Below, in pieces: positions 26,625 through 42,539 of a stretch of 64,000 nt of DNA. Every line of letters starts with the position of its first letter. Positions within the stretch are counted from its first letter, which is position 1. Position numbers and translations under genes: made by a program. Origin of the DNA: the human T2T-CHM13v2.0 reference genome, Homo sapiens. The notes beneath the pieces are model-generated. The model was given only the letters and a program-made list of their open reading frames with translations, was not told the DNA's origin and ran no database searches. The DNA lies in NCBI RefSeq assembly GCF_009914755.1, contig NC_060944.1, one strand, 5' to 3'.

Positions 26625-27094
26625 CCTAAAGGCATGTTACTAAGTGGAAGAAGCCAATCTGAAATGGGTACACACTGTATGGTTCCAACTATGTAACATT
26701 CTGGAAAAGACAAAACTATGGAGACAAAACAATAAAAAGACCAGAGGTTGCCAGAGAGGGATGAATAACAGAGCATGGAAGATTTTTAGGGCAGTGAAAC
26801 TATTGCATATGGTACTATAATGGTGATACAAGTCATCAGACATTTGTCAAAACCCATAGAATAGCCAACACCAAGAGTGAACCCTCGTGTAAACTATGGG
26901 CCCTGGGTGATACTGATGTGTCAAGGTAGGTTCGCTGATTGTGACAAATGTCCCACTCCCAGCAGGATGTTGATCGTGAGGGAGCTTCTGGGTAAGGGTG
27001 GGGGTAGGGGAATGTGGGAACTCTGTACTTTCCACTTAATTTTGCTATGGACCTGAAAATGCTCTAAAAGAATAAAGTCTTCTTTAAAAAAAAA
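26625..27094 (+). mobile_element. L1MC-like 3' end
   Basis: TAAGTGGAAGAAGCCAATCTGAA...AACACCAAGAGTGAACCCT...AATAAAGTCTTCTTTAAAAAA. Confidence 0.8.
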
Positions 27095-27499
27095 GATGGA
27101 ACTGACTTTCAGTACCTTGGTCCAGTGAAGATGCCAACAGCAGTAACCAGTTAGAGGATGGACGAGCCATCATTTGGGGGGCAAGTGAAAAAGACACATT
27201 CCAAGGCTCAATAAAAAATACATTTTTTTAAGAATGCAAAAGAAAAGATCCTGCCAGAGTGGAAGGGAGCAGCACTTAGCTTAGATCTGTGGCACCCAGG
27301 ATGCCCTGGGACCCTCCTGTTCTTAGCCACACCCCAGCCTGACCCTACAAAGTCAAGCCTTGCAGGGTAGAACCTTCATAATCTTCCAGCCATCATAGCC
27401 CCTGTGCCTGACACTTTCATTTCTCTTTATTTGCTCATTCTCTTCCTTCCACCACACCATGCTCAAATCATCCAAAACTTTCCCTTTATCACTGAGCCT

Positions 27500-27800
27500 C
27501 CCTAATTAAGCTAACATTATTAGAAGGTTGGGAAAAAAAGAAAAAGAAAACCCTCCCAAATTCTCTTTGCGTTTCAGTAGCTCTTTAATATGCGAGGCAA
27601 CGAGAGATGAGCTGCTCCTAATTGCCAGTCCCTGGAGTAGCCAGTCAGAAAATGAATTGATGCGTTTTTTCCTTATGAACAATGCATGTAGCACAAATTG
27701 CAGTGGCCGTCACCAGAGATTTAATTACAAAATATCATTACTTTCACACATCATTTCAGATTTGGCCTGATCAAATCAAAGTTAGGGCGAGAGGGAGAGA
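27500..27800. promoter_or_regulatory. Candidate enhancer / conserved non-coding element
   Basis: Unique block with CTAATTAAG, CTAATTG, AACAATG (SOX) next to ATGCAT, TTAATTA, ATCAAAG (TCF/LEF); conservation not tested. Confidence 0.4.
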
Positions 27801-28094
27801 AAACTGCACTCTTAGCAGGGACATTCATTCAGGGGTGGCTGCAACGCGGGTGGGAATTGGCATTGTCGAAACTTCCTCGGGGCCATTGCAGGGGAAGCAG
27901 CTGCCAGAGATGTCTATGCAAAGGGACGTTTCTGGGATTCAGGGTTTCAGCAGAGTGGAGGCTGTGGGCCTGCAGGAGGGGCCCCAGGGCGTGAGGAGCA
28001 TCCCTCAAGGAAGAAATCAGGCTGCAGAGAGTCTTAGGACCCTGCAATTCAAAGGAGCTACAGAAAGTCCCTTCATCAGTGGCTCATGTCTCCA

Positions 28095-29200
<1,106 letters not shown>

Positions 29201-29244
29201 AAAAATTACTCGTGAGCTTTAGAATCTTCTCTCAGCTAGCTTTA

Positions 29245-29768
29245 GTTGAGATAGATTTATTGCAAAGGTGGCCCAAATTTTTTCCTTCCCTGTACCCACA
29301 TCCCTTCCAATGAGACTTTACAGCTCCTCCCATCAAGAGGTGAAGTCTATTTTCCCATCCCTTGAATCCGGGCTGGCCTGGTGACTTGCTTTGCCTGATA
29401 GAATGTGCTGGAAATGACACCGTGCCAGTTCCGAGCGTGGGCCTCGAGCAGCTGGGCATGATTCTGCTGCTTTTCCTGGAACCCTGCTCAGTCACCATTA
29501 GCACAAGTTTGGCCTAGCCTGCTGGAGGGTGAGAGACCACGCAGAGCATAAATGAGTCATCCCAGTCAAGGCTGTGCTAGATCAGCCAAAAATCAGTAAC
29601 ACATGAGGGATCCCCAGCTGAGAGTTAGTAAAACTGTTCAGCCAAGCCCAGCAATGATCAGCAGAACCACCCAGCTGACCCACAGAATTATGAGTTACAT
29701 ACACAGCCATTGTTTTTAACCACAAAGTTTTAGAATGGTTTGTTACACAGCAGTAGCTAACTGATACA
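29245..29768 (+). mobile_element. MLT1G/H-like MaLR LTR
   Basis: CAGCTCCTCCCATCAAGAGG...GTGACTTGCTTTG...GTTTGTTACACAGCAGTAGCTAACTGATACA. Confidence 0.8.
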
Positions 29769-30609
29769 CACATTGAGGGGTCAGGAGCATGGTAAGAAAT
29801 GAGGGGGGTGGGGACAAAGAAAGGAAGAAGAATTAGGAGGAGGAGGAGAAGGAGGGAGAAAGGGACTATAGCAAGGTGTAATGCTGACACATCCAAGATG
29901 TGCACAGAGCTCTGGGAGCACCTAGGAGGAAGAACTTAGTTCTGCAGGGAAGAACGAAGAGCCACAGTCAGGAGAGGCTTTCCAGACGACAAAAAATGAG
30001 CACATGTCTGTCCAGGGAGGACAGGCGAGAGAAGAAAGAACATGGGCAAAGGCATGGAGTCATGAAAAGAGAGGAGGCTTGGTCAAGAGCAGGGAAAATG
30101 GTTGGGGCAGCCATGGGCCCTGGGCACGTGAGCATCAGCCTTCTATAGGCCATGCTAGGGGCAGAGCTAAAGGTGTAGCACCAGCTAAGGAGCACCCAGC
30201 TAGGAGGAGGCTGGAAGGACCTGATATGAACACTTGCTGTGGTTGCAGAAGATGGGGTGAGGGATTTGGACAGAGAGTTCCAGGATAGATACAACCACAG
30301 CAAGGGGGGACCAGGAAGCAGGGATCCTCAAGACCCACATAGCTCTTGGAAGTGGTGTAGGTCACAAGGGCATCTAGGACCCCACAAGCCAAGATCATTT
30401 CACGACTGTGTGGCCTTAGGCAGGTCTGTCCTCTCTGAGCCTGGCCTCTCGGAGGTTCTACCGAGGAACTCATAAATGAAGGCTGGGAAGGCACTTTGTA
30501 AACCAAACCGTGAAGCCCATGCAATTGGATGGGGTGGAGTTACTCGCATTCCTCATTCGGTGTATTTCCTCCGGTTTTATCCAAAAACGGAAGTTTTCCC
30601 AGAAAACCA

Positions 30610-31030
30610 TGCATCAGTCAGAATCCCAAAGGAAACAGGTAGTAATTGAGGAGGGTTTAATTTTTTTTTTAAGTGAGCAAAACACCAGGATGGTGCCACA
30701 CTCCATGAACAGCAACAGTGGGGAACCCTTACCACACCAAGGCCTGCAGGGACAAGGAGGAGAGCAGTTAGTGGGGGCTAGGGAGAGAAGGGGCTGCTAA
30801 CAGCAGCTGCAGCTTCAGCCACCAACCTGGTGGGGAGGGAGCTGGAGAAATAAATGTCCCAAACCTCACTGTCCTCCCACCCTCCAGTCTCCGGCTAGAA
30901 CCTCCCATTGGTTGAACCCATTCCAGAAGTTGGAAGCTTGTAATACACTCATAAGTCAGACCCCAGGGCCAGAGCAGGGGGAGGAGGTGGGCAGAGGACC
31001 TGGGTGAGCACAGAAAGACATCAGCACTAC
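30610..31030 (-). mobile_element. Old ERVL-type LTR fragment
   Basis: TGCATCAGTCAGAATCCC...CAGCAACAGTGGGGAACC...CCTCCCATTGGTTGAACCCA. Confidence 0.45.
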
Positions 31031-31163
31031 CTCCATAGAGGGTGTGTGGGAGGAGAAGAAAATAGGCTCTTTAAGACCTAGCAAGACATAGGCCAGGGAC
31101 AGGATTCAGCGTCTCCAGAAGACCACCTCTGTGTCCAGGCCCTTCTCCAGGCTGTCTCCATTT

Positions 31164-32055
<892 letters not shown>

Positions 32056-32309
32056 AATGCTCAGAAAAACTCTCTAAGGAAGTTCCTGGTGTCACGCTCT
32101 TGTTCGGGAAGAGGAAGCTGAGGCCAAGAGAGGGGATGACAGCTAGCCGGGGTTACACAGCTGGTTGGTGGCTCAGCTGGGATTCAAATCTGGGCTGTCT
32201 GGCACCAAAGCACGCTCACACTCTCCCCATTGCCCCTGCGGCAAGAAGCCACAGGAGCAGTGGATGGTGGAACAGCACCTGGCTTCTGCCACCTCTTCTA
32301 AGAAGGGAA

Positions 32310-32540
32310 CTTGACAGGGATTGATTGATCTCAATGATCAGCTACAAATGGTCTCTACACGTGGCCATGTTAATCAGCTCCTACCAGCCAGGATCTGACC
32401 AGTTTGAAAGGTTTATAGCAACAATGTGGTGCTGATTTATTTCTCCTTAATAAAAAAGTGATCAAGTGAAACCTGCATCTATCATTCTATTTATCACTCG
32501 GGATGATTTATTGACTAATTACACTTGCAGTGGCCGCTGG
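32310..32540. promoter_or_regulatory. Candidate HOX/PBX/MEIS-type enhancer
   Basis: TGACAG 32312, TGATTGAT 32322, AACAATG 32420, TGATTTAT 32433 and 32504, TAATAAAA 32448, TAATTA 32516. Confidence 0.45.
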
Positions 32541-32801
32541 CTCTAAGTATGGACGATGGGGGGAGGTGGGGTCAGTCCGGCCATCAGTGCTGCCCTGGAC
32601 ACGTCTGCCGCCTTCCGTTCCAGCCTTGCCATTCACATGTAGGCAAGAACATGCTCTCGAATATGGATGTTCAGACTCTGAAGGAAGCGGGAGAGAAGGG
32701 AGAAAGGGGTAGGTGAGAAATGGAGAGATTGTCTGGTCCCAGCCATTTGCCCCTTCCTGCCCCTTTATCCATGGAGAAGACACGGTGCAGAGAGCAGCAG
32801 G

Positions 32802-32924
32802 CAGGGTCGCCAGGTAAACACGGTTGCTCAGTTACTTTCAAATCTCAGATAAACAATGAACAATTTTTTAGGGTAAGAATGTCCCAAATATTGCATAGAT
32901 GTCATGTAAAACCTGGCAACCCTG
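32802..32924. mobile_element. MER53-like MITE (internally deleted)
   Basis: TIRs CAGGGTCGCCAGG / CCTGGCAACCCTG; CAGATAAACAATGAACAATTTTTTAG. Confidence 0.75.
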
Positions 32925-33460
32925 GCCCCAGGGCCATGAGGGACCTGGTAGAGTATTGAGCTGATGTCACTATGAGAAGTTCCAGTGTCCATAACCATAG
33001 CCCAGTCTCACTCTGCACGCTGCTCTCCCCCTGCTCAACCCATGGGCGTCCCACTAGGGGCTCTGGGAAGATGTGACTTCTCGGAGCTGGTGGGCAAATC
33101 ACACAGCCTTGCTGAGCCTTATCTGCAAAACAGAGGCTCCCAGCCTGTCCCAGTTCTTCCCCTTCATGCTGCACAGGGCTGATGGGGATGGACAAGTCTG
33201 TCCCTTGCCAGCTACATGGTGGAGGGCCTATGGCAAGGGCTGCCATTGGGGCTGGCAAGACTGGGCCCCCATCCACCCTAGGAAGGTTGAGTTTCCTTTA
33301 GTCCTCTTGAAGACATAGTAACTATAACTCAAAACTTTTGTTTGTATCATTTTCCTTGAAACCTTGGCTTTGAGCTAGGAAAGGACAGAGGGTCAGCTGG
33401 CACAGCCTTTGTGGAAAAGCGCAGTGTATCTATCAAAGTTAAAAATAAGTGGATGTTGTG

Positions 33461-33774
<314 letters not shown>

Positions 33775-34074
33775 CTATATGAGGACTTAGTAAATCAATC
33801 AACCAATAACTACCCCTTTGACATAGCAATCCCACTCCCAAGCATCCAAACCAGGGAATAACAAGGATGTTTCTATTAATACCGCCAAGTCACAAACAAC
33901 CTGAAATCAATCTAAAGGGGATGAGATGGATGGACTGTGATGTAGTCAAAAGAAGACACAGAAGTCATCAGAATGAGAGAAAGATATTGCCTAACCTGCA
34001 AAGATTTCCAAGATATATTATTATTATTAATCATTATTATTATTAGAAAAAAGCAAGTTGAGAACGTTCCAGAC

Positions 34075-34316
34075 CAGGATTCCTCAACCTTGGCACTACT
34101 GACATTTTGGGCCGGATCATTCTTCGTGTTGGGGGCTGTCCGGGGCAAGGCAGGCTGTTTAGCAACACTCCTTTAGCACTCTACACACCAGATGCCAGGA
34201 GCACCTCCCTCCCCAGCCATGATGATCAAAAATGTCTTCAGATGGTGTCAAATGTCTCCTGGGGAGTAAAATTCCCTCCCCATCCCGCTTTCCCACCCCC
34301 CACAGTGAGAACTGGT
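34075..34316 (-). mobile_element. MER20
   Basis: CTCAACCTTGGCACTACTGACATTTTGGGCCGGATCATTCTT...AAAAATGTCTTCAGA...AAATGTCTCCTGGGG. Confidence 0.8.
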
Positions 34317-34526
34317 CTAGACAGCATTGTCAGGAATGTTTACATGAACCAAAGTAAACACCTAACTAGAACTTCTATAGGAACTTAGGTAAATGTATGA
34401 ATGCATAGCAGAAAGTCTGAAGGGAGTCTCCAAACTGGGAGCTGGGGTTGTCTCTGAGGAGGGAATTGGGAATTTGGGTGGGGGGGAAGAGAGGGATCTG
34501 GGGAGACCTTTGCTTTTGTTGTATGA

Positions 34527-35432
<906 letters not shown>

Positions 35433-36445
35433 TGATTATGCCTCCCTGCAGGAGGAGGGGAGGTTGGGGCCTGGTCAGCAGCCCAGCTCCACACCGAGGA
35501 CTTGAGGACTCGCTGGAGCTTGATTAAATAATTACACAGAATCTACTGAGTAATCATGCCCGTCTCAAGAAGCAAGGAGCACCTTCAGAGGGAGGTCCCA
35601 TTAGTGATTTGGGGGCGTGTGAGTGTATTTGTCTACTGCCTATGATAAAATTATCATCAGAAGGCCTCATTTACAAAATGCATCCCTTTCCCCCATCTCC
35701 TTCCATCACCTCCCAAACCCAGAGATGTGTATAATGTAATCCCCATTCCACGGCAGAGGACAGGGACTCACGAGCTTTGGGGCTGGCTCAAGGTCCCAGC
35801 AGCAGGGGCTGGTGGCAAAGGTGGTCAAATACCAGAAAGTGCACACAGAGTGGGGACAAGGCTCAGGACTGAAACATTTTAGAAGAGGTTTTGTTTGTTT
35901 TTTATTGTTTTGTTTTGTTTTCTCGCTAGGATTATTTCTCTCCTTTCAGTTTTTGAAAACAAATCTAAAATCAGCCATGGGAGCCTCCCTAGGTCTTGCT
36001 GCCAAGAAAACAGCCGAGCATGGAGGGTGAGGGCTGGGACTCACTGCGGCCGCCCTCATTTCCGATTTACCCAGGCCAAAGGGGACTGCCAGGTGGAGAG
36101 GGGGAGCCCAGGCCATCCTGGGGCTCTGTTCTCAGGCCTAGGGGCCAGGATCTTCTGTAAGCCACCCACCCCCCAGCTCCAGGATAAGGACACCCCTTCC
36201 AGCCAAGCGCCTGGTTTAATTGGGAACGGAAATAAACGGCTTACAAGAGGCTACACCAGGGCTCTCTGTGGCCCACAGGGCCTGGTCCTGAGATTCCTGC
36301 TGCCTGCATGGCTTGGCCAGCTACCCACGCCAGGCCCCGTTGACTCATTTACACTGGAGCAGTCCAAATTCATCAGTAATGATTTGTCTCTCTTCAAGAA
36401 GAGGCTCGCAATCAAAAGGCCATTAAAATTAAGTACTGGAGGAGC

Positions 36446-36491
36446 GGGGGCCAGGGAAGGGGGAGGGGGAAGAAAAGGGGGAGGGGTGGGG
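36446..36491 (+). other. Potential G-quadruplex
   Basis: Seven runs of 3-5 G with loops of 1-7 nt. Confidence 0.55.
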
Positions 36492-38647
36492 CCAGGCGGA
36501 GCTGAGTGTGAATCTCCACTGGATGTGGACACTTTCTTGTTGCGGGACCTTGGATGGGTCACGTCTCGTCCTGGTTTCCTCTTCTCTGAAACAGAAGGGC
36601 AGATATGGCTACAGTATCAGTGACACTGTGTATGGAAACACCCAGCAGGAAGAAGCACGAAGTGACCCTGCTATGAGGCTTCCAGCATTGGGACACATGG
36701 GGAAGGTGATGGATACTGAGCAGGGGTAATGCCAGCCTGCTAGGTCAGATCCCAGGGCAGCTACCCCTCACTGCCCAGCTGTCCTAACTCCAGCCCCTGA
36801 GTAACTACCCATTGTCACCTCAACTGGGCTCAACACCCCAGGGCAGGGCCACAGCTCGGCCCTGCTCTAATCTCTGGGCAGGAGCAGCAGAAGCATCAGG
36901 ACACCCAGGACAGCCCTAGACCTTGGAAGAGGCTGGACCAGACAGGGCTCCCCAGCCCTCAGCAGCCTCTCAGCCCTCAGCCTTCCCCCTGCCATCTGGA
37001 GCATGGCATCTCAGGATGCCTCAGGCACAGAGAGGCGACCCCAGTGTCCCACACCCACCAACTGACCCTCCTACTGCCCTGGGTGTTAAGAGGCCAACGT
37101 GCAGCCTTCTTTTGGGCACCCAGACAGCTAACATGGAGTCCTATGCATGGGTGGCTGAGAAATGCACCACTGTCCCCACCCTGCCTTTCTCAAGAAATAA
37201 AACACAAACAAGAACAAAGAAAGAAAGCAAAAGGAAAAAAAAATGGAATTCTGCAGCCCATCCCACAAGGTCCAGGCCTTCCTTGGGAGAAGGGGAGGTG
37301 CCAAGAACTCCAGATGTGTTGATCCCTGGGTTTGCACAGCCATCTGATTCTTCTTGAGGACAGGAAATGAAATTTTACAAAGGTGCCCATTATGTGCCAA
37401 GCGCTTGTTACTTCATAGAACAACCACAAGGATACCACAAGGTTGGTATTAGTCATTCTTGTTTTTAAGGGAGAACTCAGAAAGATGAAAAGCCTTGCCC
37501 AAAATCACGAGTCTCAGACCCTCACGGTGCCAAAGCCAAGATTCAAGCCCAGGAACAGCAGATCCTGACTCGATTCTTCCTCCACGCTTCCACATGGCCA
37601 CCCGAGCACCTGACTCTAGGTCCAGTTCCAGTGTGGGCTGGAAGGAGCCTCTCCATGCTGATGCCAATCACAATCATGGCCACTACTTCCCATGCGCCCC
37701 TGGGTGCCAGGCTGCAGCTCCAAAGGTTGGAGTCACTCCATCCTCCCCAAAACTTAACGAGGCCAGGATTCTCATTCCCATTTCACAATGAAGACGCTGA
37801 GGCACAGCGATGTTAAAATGACCTGTCCAAGGTCACAGGATAAAGTCATGGCAGAGCCAGGTCTCCACCTGATGGGCTGAAAACCGCACAAGGGCCAGGG
37901 TAGTGCCCAGCTTTGCTCCCACCTGGGCCCCACAGAGTGACAGCTCAGCAAGTGTGTGCTGGATGGGGAGACTGGTAGAGGGAGGGAAGGAAGGATGGAC
38001 AGGTCAGCACAGCCGTGGAAGAGAATGGCTAAGAGGTGACACTCAGAGCCAAACTGCCAGGGCTCAAACCTCAGCTTTGCCACTTTTTACCTGCAAGTTT
38101 CTTAATTTGTCCCTACGTCAATTTTCTTATCTGAAAAATGCAGATAATAATAGTTCTTACTAGCTAGGGTTCTTAAGAGAAACAAGTGAGTTCATATGGA
38201 GCCTGGGACATGGTGGGTGCCCTACACTATTGTGGATTAGTGGAGGACAGGCAGGTCTAAAGCCGTGGACTGGCGGCAGCCCAACCACAAGGTGTCCTCA
38301 TGAGGCCTCCAGTGAGGTCAGCCCCACCCTTGCACACTGAGAGTGAGCGCCTCCTGAGCACCTCGCTGGCCTCACCTAAATCCCTTCCAACCCTGGTCAG
38401 CCCATGACTTTCCATCTGGGCTTCCCCAGTCCCGCAGGGTCCAGTTGCCCCAACCCAGAGGACAGAGACGCTCAGACCAGCCCCGAAAGCGTCTCCAGCC
38501 TGGGAACAGTGAGCACCCCATCTCTGAGAGGTTAAAGCAGAGTGGGACGGCCACCTGGGGACCTGCAGACAGGCTTCTGGCTGGGAAGGAGACTGGAAGC
38601 CACTTTGAAGCTTTGTGCCGGCTGAGCATTACCGGCGCGAATGGCCA

Positions 38648-38663
38648 CAGCGCCACCTGGTGG
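38648..38663 (-). promoter_or_regulatory. CTCF core motif
   Basis: Minus strand CCACCAGGTGGCGCTG matches the CTCF core; local CpG retention (CCGG, CCGGCGCG). Confidence 0.65.
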
Positions 38664-38769
38664 AAATATAAGAAATGACCTAAGGGGCCCCAGAGGGTGG
38701 AACACAAGCAGCATCCTCTCCGAGTGGGACAGGCCCCAGCCCAGGTGCTTCTCACAACAGGGGTACTTG

Positions 38770-39000
38770 GACATTCAACAAATAAATGAGGCCCCAATAC
38801 CAAGCACTTTGGTGCGTTGTTTTCACGCGCTATACCATTTAATTCTAACAACACTCTAAGGAAGGCATCCTTACCCTTTTTACAAATAAAGACATTGAGC
38901 TCGGAGATGCAACGTTTATTTGACCAAGGTCACACAGCTAGCAGTGGCAGAGTCAGGATTTGAGCTCTCGAATTCTGACTCCACAGCCTGCCCTCCTAAT
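38770..39000 (-). mobile_element. MIR
   Basis: TTTTACAAATAAAGACATTGAG...CCAAGGTCACACAGCTAGCAGTGGCAGAGTCAGGATTTGA; further MIR pieces at ~37380-37590, 37760-37870, 38040-38230. Confidence 0.7.
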
Positions 39001-39444
39001 TGCTAAGCCTTGGGGGATTCCATGAGAAAGAAAACCAGCACCCCTCCCCTGTCCCACCCCTTCGTTTCATGGAGCTTACACCTAGTCAGGGGAACAGACA
39101 GAAATCAGAAATTCACTGACTAGGTACCGTGTGTCAGGCACTGGGCTAAGTTCTAGCAATACCGTGGTGAAGAGGGTGGTCAGGGTCCCTGCTCAAATGA
39201 ATCCTGTGGGGAAGAAGGACATTAACCAAATAATCACACAAATATGCGACTATAACGGGAGACGTAAAGGAAAGATTTGGGTTCTGAGACCCACTGACCA
39301 GGCACCTACTGCGCTGAAGCAGTAACATACTGAGCTGAGAGCTGAAAGGTGACCAGGACTTACCCAGGCAAAGACGCACTTATTCATTCTTTGACAAATG
39401 AAAGCACTGTGTGTTCCCCATGGTGTTTTCCTCTTTTGTTACAA

Positions 39445-39522
39445 TAAATAAATAGACTGTATATACGCTATTGCAACTTGCATGTATAAATAATAGACTG
39501 TATATATGCTATTGCAACTTGC
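39445..39522 (+). repeat. Two-copy tandem duplication (~37 bp plus 5-bp filler)
   Basis: TAAATA(A)ATAGACTGTATATA(C/T)GCTATTGCAACTTGC at 39445-39481 and 39487-39522. Confidence 0.9.
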
Positions 39523-39760
39523 TTTCTAAGTCTACATAGTTTTTTGGTTCTTTGCATGGCAATACACAGAGATCATTTGTTTTAACTAAGGAGGCTGTCA
39601 CACAACTGACATCTGCCTTATGCACCACGATGTATTTATCTGTGCCCCTGCTGATGACACTTGAGTTGTTTCCAAATTTTAACTCCTACAAACTGCTACA
39701 GCCACATCCTCCAAGTCCATAGTCTCTCAAAGTGCATGCATATGAGTTCCCCTGTGGTAA

Positions 39761-40120
<360 letters not shown>

Positions 40121-40516
40121 AAAAATAATTTTCTATTACTAATAAGTTTATACAAAAACAAATTCATTCACTAGTTCATTTACCCCAGCTGAAGCCAAGT
40201 TAAGGATCTAAAACACATTTGCCAAAATGCTTCCCACTTTTCTATAGGCCTTATTCTTTCTTCGGTTTTCTTTTATAATTTTTCTAAGACACTACTTCTT
40301 AAGAGATACATGTAAAGGGTTCTAAATTTCATTTCTTAAAAAAATCACCTGTCTCATAAACATTTTGCATTCCTAATTTCAGGATTTCAGCTGACCACTC
40401 CATGGCCTTCAGGCTGGCTCATCTGAGGGTTAGTGGCACCTCCATAGTTACACCATATAACTTGCAGACACATACCTTCTTACAGATAGGTGAGGACTGG
40501 GAGGAATGGCTTACAT

Positions 40517-41180
40517 TTCTTTTTTTTTTTTCAACTTTTATTTTAAGTTCGGGGTACATATGCAGGATGTGCAGGCCTGTTACGTAGGTAAACGAGTGCC
40601 ATGGTGGTTTGTTGCACAGATCATCCCATCACCTAGGATTAAGCCCAGTATCCATTAGCTATTCCTCCTGATGCTCTCCCTCCCCCCACCCCATCGCATA
40701 GGCCCTAGTGTGTGTTGTTTCCCCCCAAGGTGTCCATGTGTTCTCATCATTCAGCTTCCATGTATAAGTGAGAACATGCGGTGTTTGGCTTTCTGTTCCT
40801 GTGTTAGTTTGCTGAGGATAATGGCCTCCAGCTTCATCCATGTCCCTGCAAAGGACGTGATCTCGTTCCTTTTTATGGCTGCATAGTATTCCTTGGTGTA
40901 TATATGTACCGCATGTCTTTGCTGTTGTGAAGAGTGCTGCAATGAACATACGTGTGCATGGTCTCTTTATAATAGAATGATTTCTATTCCTTTGGGTATA
41001 TACCCAGTAATGGGATGGCTGGGCCAAATGGTATTTCTGCCTCTAGGTCTTTGAGGAATTGCCACGCTGTCTTCCACAATGGTTGAACTAATTTACATTC
41101 CCACTAACAGTGTAAAAGCATTCCTTTTTCTCTGCAATCTCGCCAGCATCTGTTGTTTTTTTACTTTTTAATAATAGCCA
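40517..41180 (-). mobile_element. 5'-truncated L1PA (PA13-like) 3' end
   Basis: CAACTTTTATTTTAAGTTCGGGGTACATATGCAGG...GCACAGATCATCCCATCACCTAGG; degenerate TSD GAATGGCTTA / GAATGATTTA. Confidence 0.88.
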
Positions 41181-42539
41181 GAATGATTTAAGTCGATATC
41201 CAAGGGTGGACCAGTTCCCATGTTTCCCAGCCTGTGAGGAGTCTCCTGTGAAAATCTGAGCTAGCCAGCACTATATTTCCCATCGATGCCCATCATGTGT
41301 TATGGCCCCTGACCTGGGCTGCAGGTGCCCGAGTAAACTGAAGGTTTCCAGGGTGTCAGGTCTAGAGGAGACATCGTCAGCACTGACCTTGAGGCCTGTG
41401 AAGCCCATGGTGGTCTCTTTGGAGGAGGATGAGGGTTAGGGCAGGGTGGCTGCCCAGTTCCCAATAACAGCCCTTTTTCTGGAATTGCCCTTGATTCTCA
41501 GAACTATGGTGAACCTGGCCAGTGCTAGGATAGTGAAAGGCAAAAGGGACTCTATGGCCCAAACTTGCCACCATCTCTACCAAATTTATTCTCTGGGCCC
41601 TCTCTATTGTCCACTTTGTCAGGAGCTGAGATGAGCTGAGCTAAACAGGGTGGAACTGAAAGTCGAGACCCCAAGAGAGGAGGCATCTGATCCAACAGCA
41701 GTTCCGAAATCTGCCACCAGGTAACAGCAGAGCTCCTGCTCTGTCTCTGGTCTCTCACTGGCATGGGGTCCCCTGGGACTCTGATCTGCACCCAGGCTTG
41801 GCCTTGAGGTTCCTCTGCTTGTCTCAACTCTGCAATTCATTGTGAGCCTCCAGTCCCCATCAAAAAGCACCACTAGCAGGATAAGATTCTGTGGTCTGTT
41901 GGGGCACAGGGACTGTCTTGTGCCCCCTGGAAGTCTGTTTCCAAAGGATCCTGTTCATTTCACAGGAGGCCTAGGGCAGGGCTACCAGGCAGCTCTGGAA
42001 AACCCAGGAGACAACACAGGGCAGCTCAGGTTGCCACTAGAGAGAGGATTCTAGAGCCCAATAAAGTGTCCCTGCTGCTGTCCCCTCATCTGTGGCCACA
42101 AGGCCTTGAACCCCGACTCAGATTCACTCCCTGCAGCCACAGGCCTGAGCCCAGCCCAGCCTGGTAAGCCGTATTCTGAAATTGTTAAAGAAAAAGATGA
42201 AGGCCTGAGGGCTCGCAGTCTGGGGCCATGTGCCAAGCCCTGCCTTCTCCCGTGCCCATCATTCCAAGCAGCTCTGACCTCACTGAACTCAAACAAGGAC
42301 TCCACACCCCAACACCCAATGTACCAGCACAGGAGTCTCCCTGTAAGGCCCCAGATTTCTGGATGAGCATAGACCCATCTGATGGCCCCTAGGAGGCTGT
42401 TTGTGGCCTGAGTTCTGGTTTGGCACCCTATCCATGATCAGGGCGGACCAGCCTAGGTGGGAAAATGAGACCTGGAGAGGTTGGAGACCCTGCCCAAAGC
42501 CTGGGGCCTGAAACCTGAGGTCTGGCAGGTTCCTGGCTC

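Noticed and set aside
35895-36623. 242-aa ORF in unique GC-rich DNA
   Set aside because: Non-ATG start, no recognisable domain or exon structure, ends in a G-run; consistent with chance.
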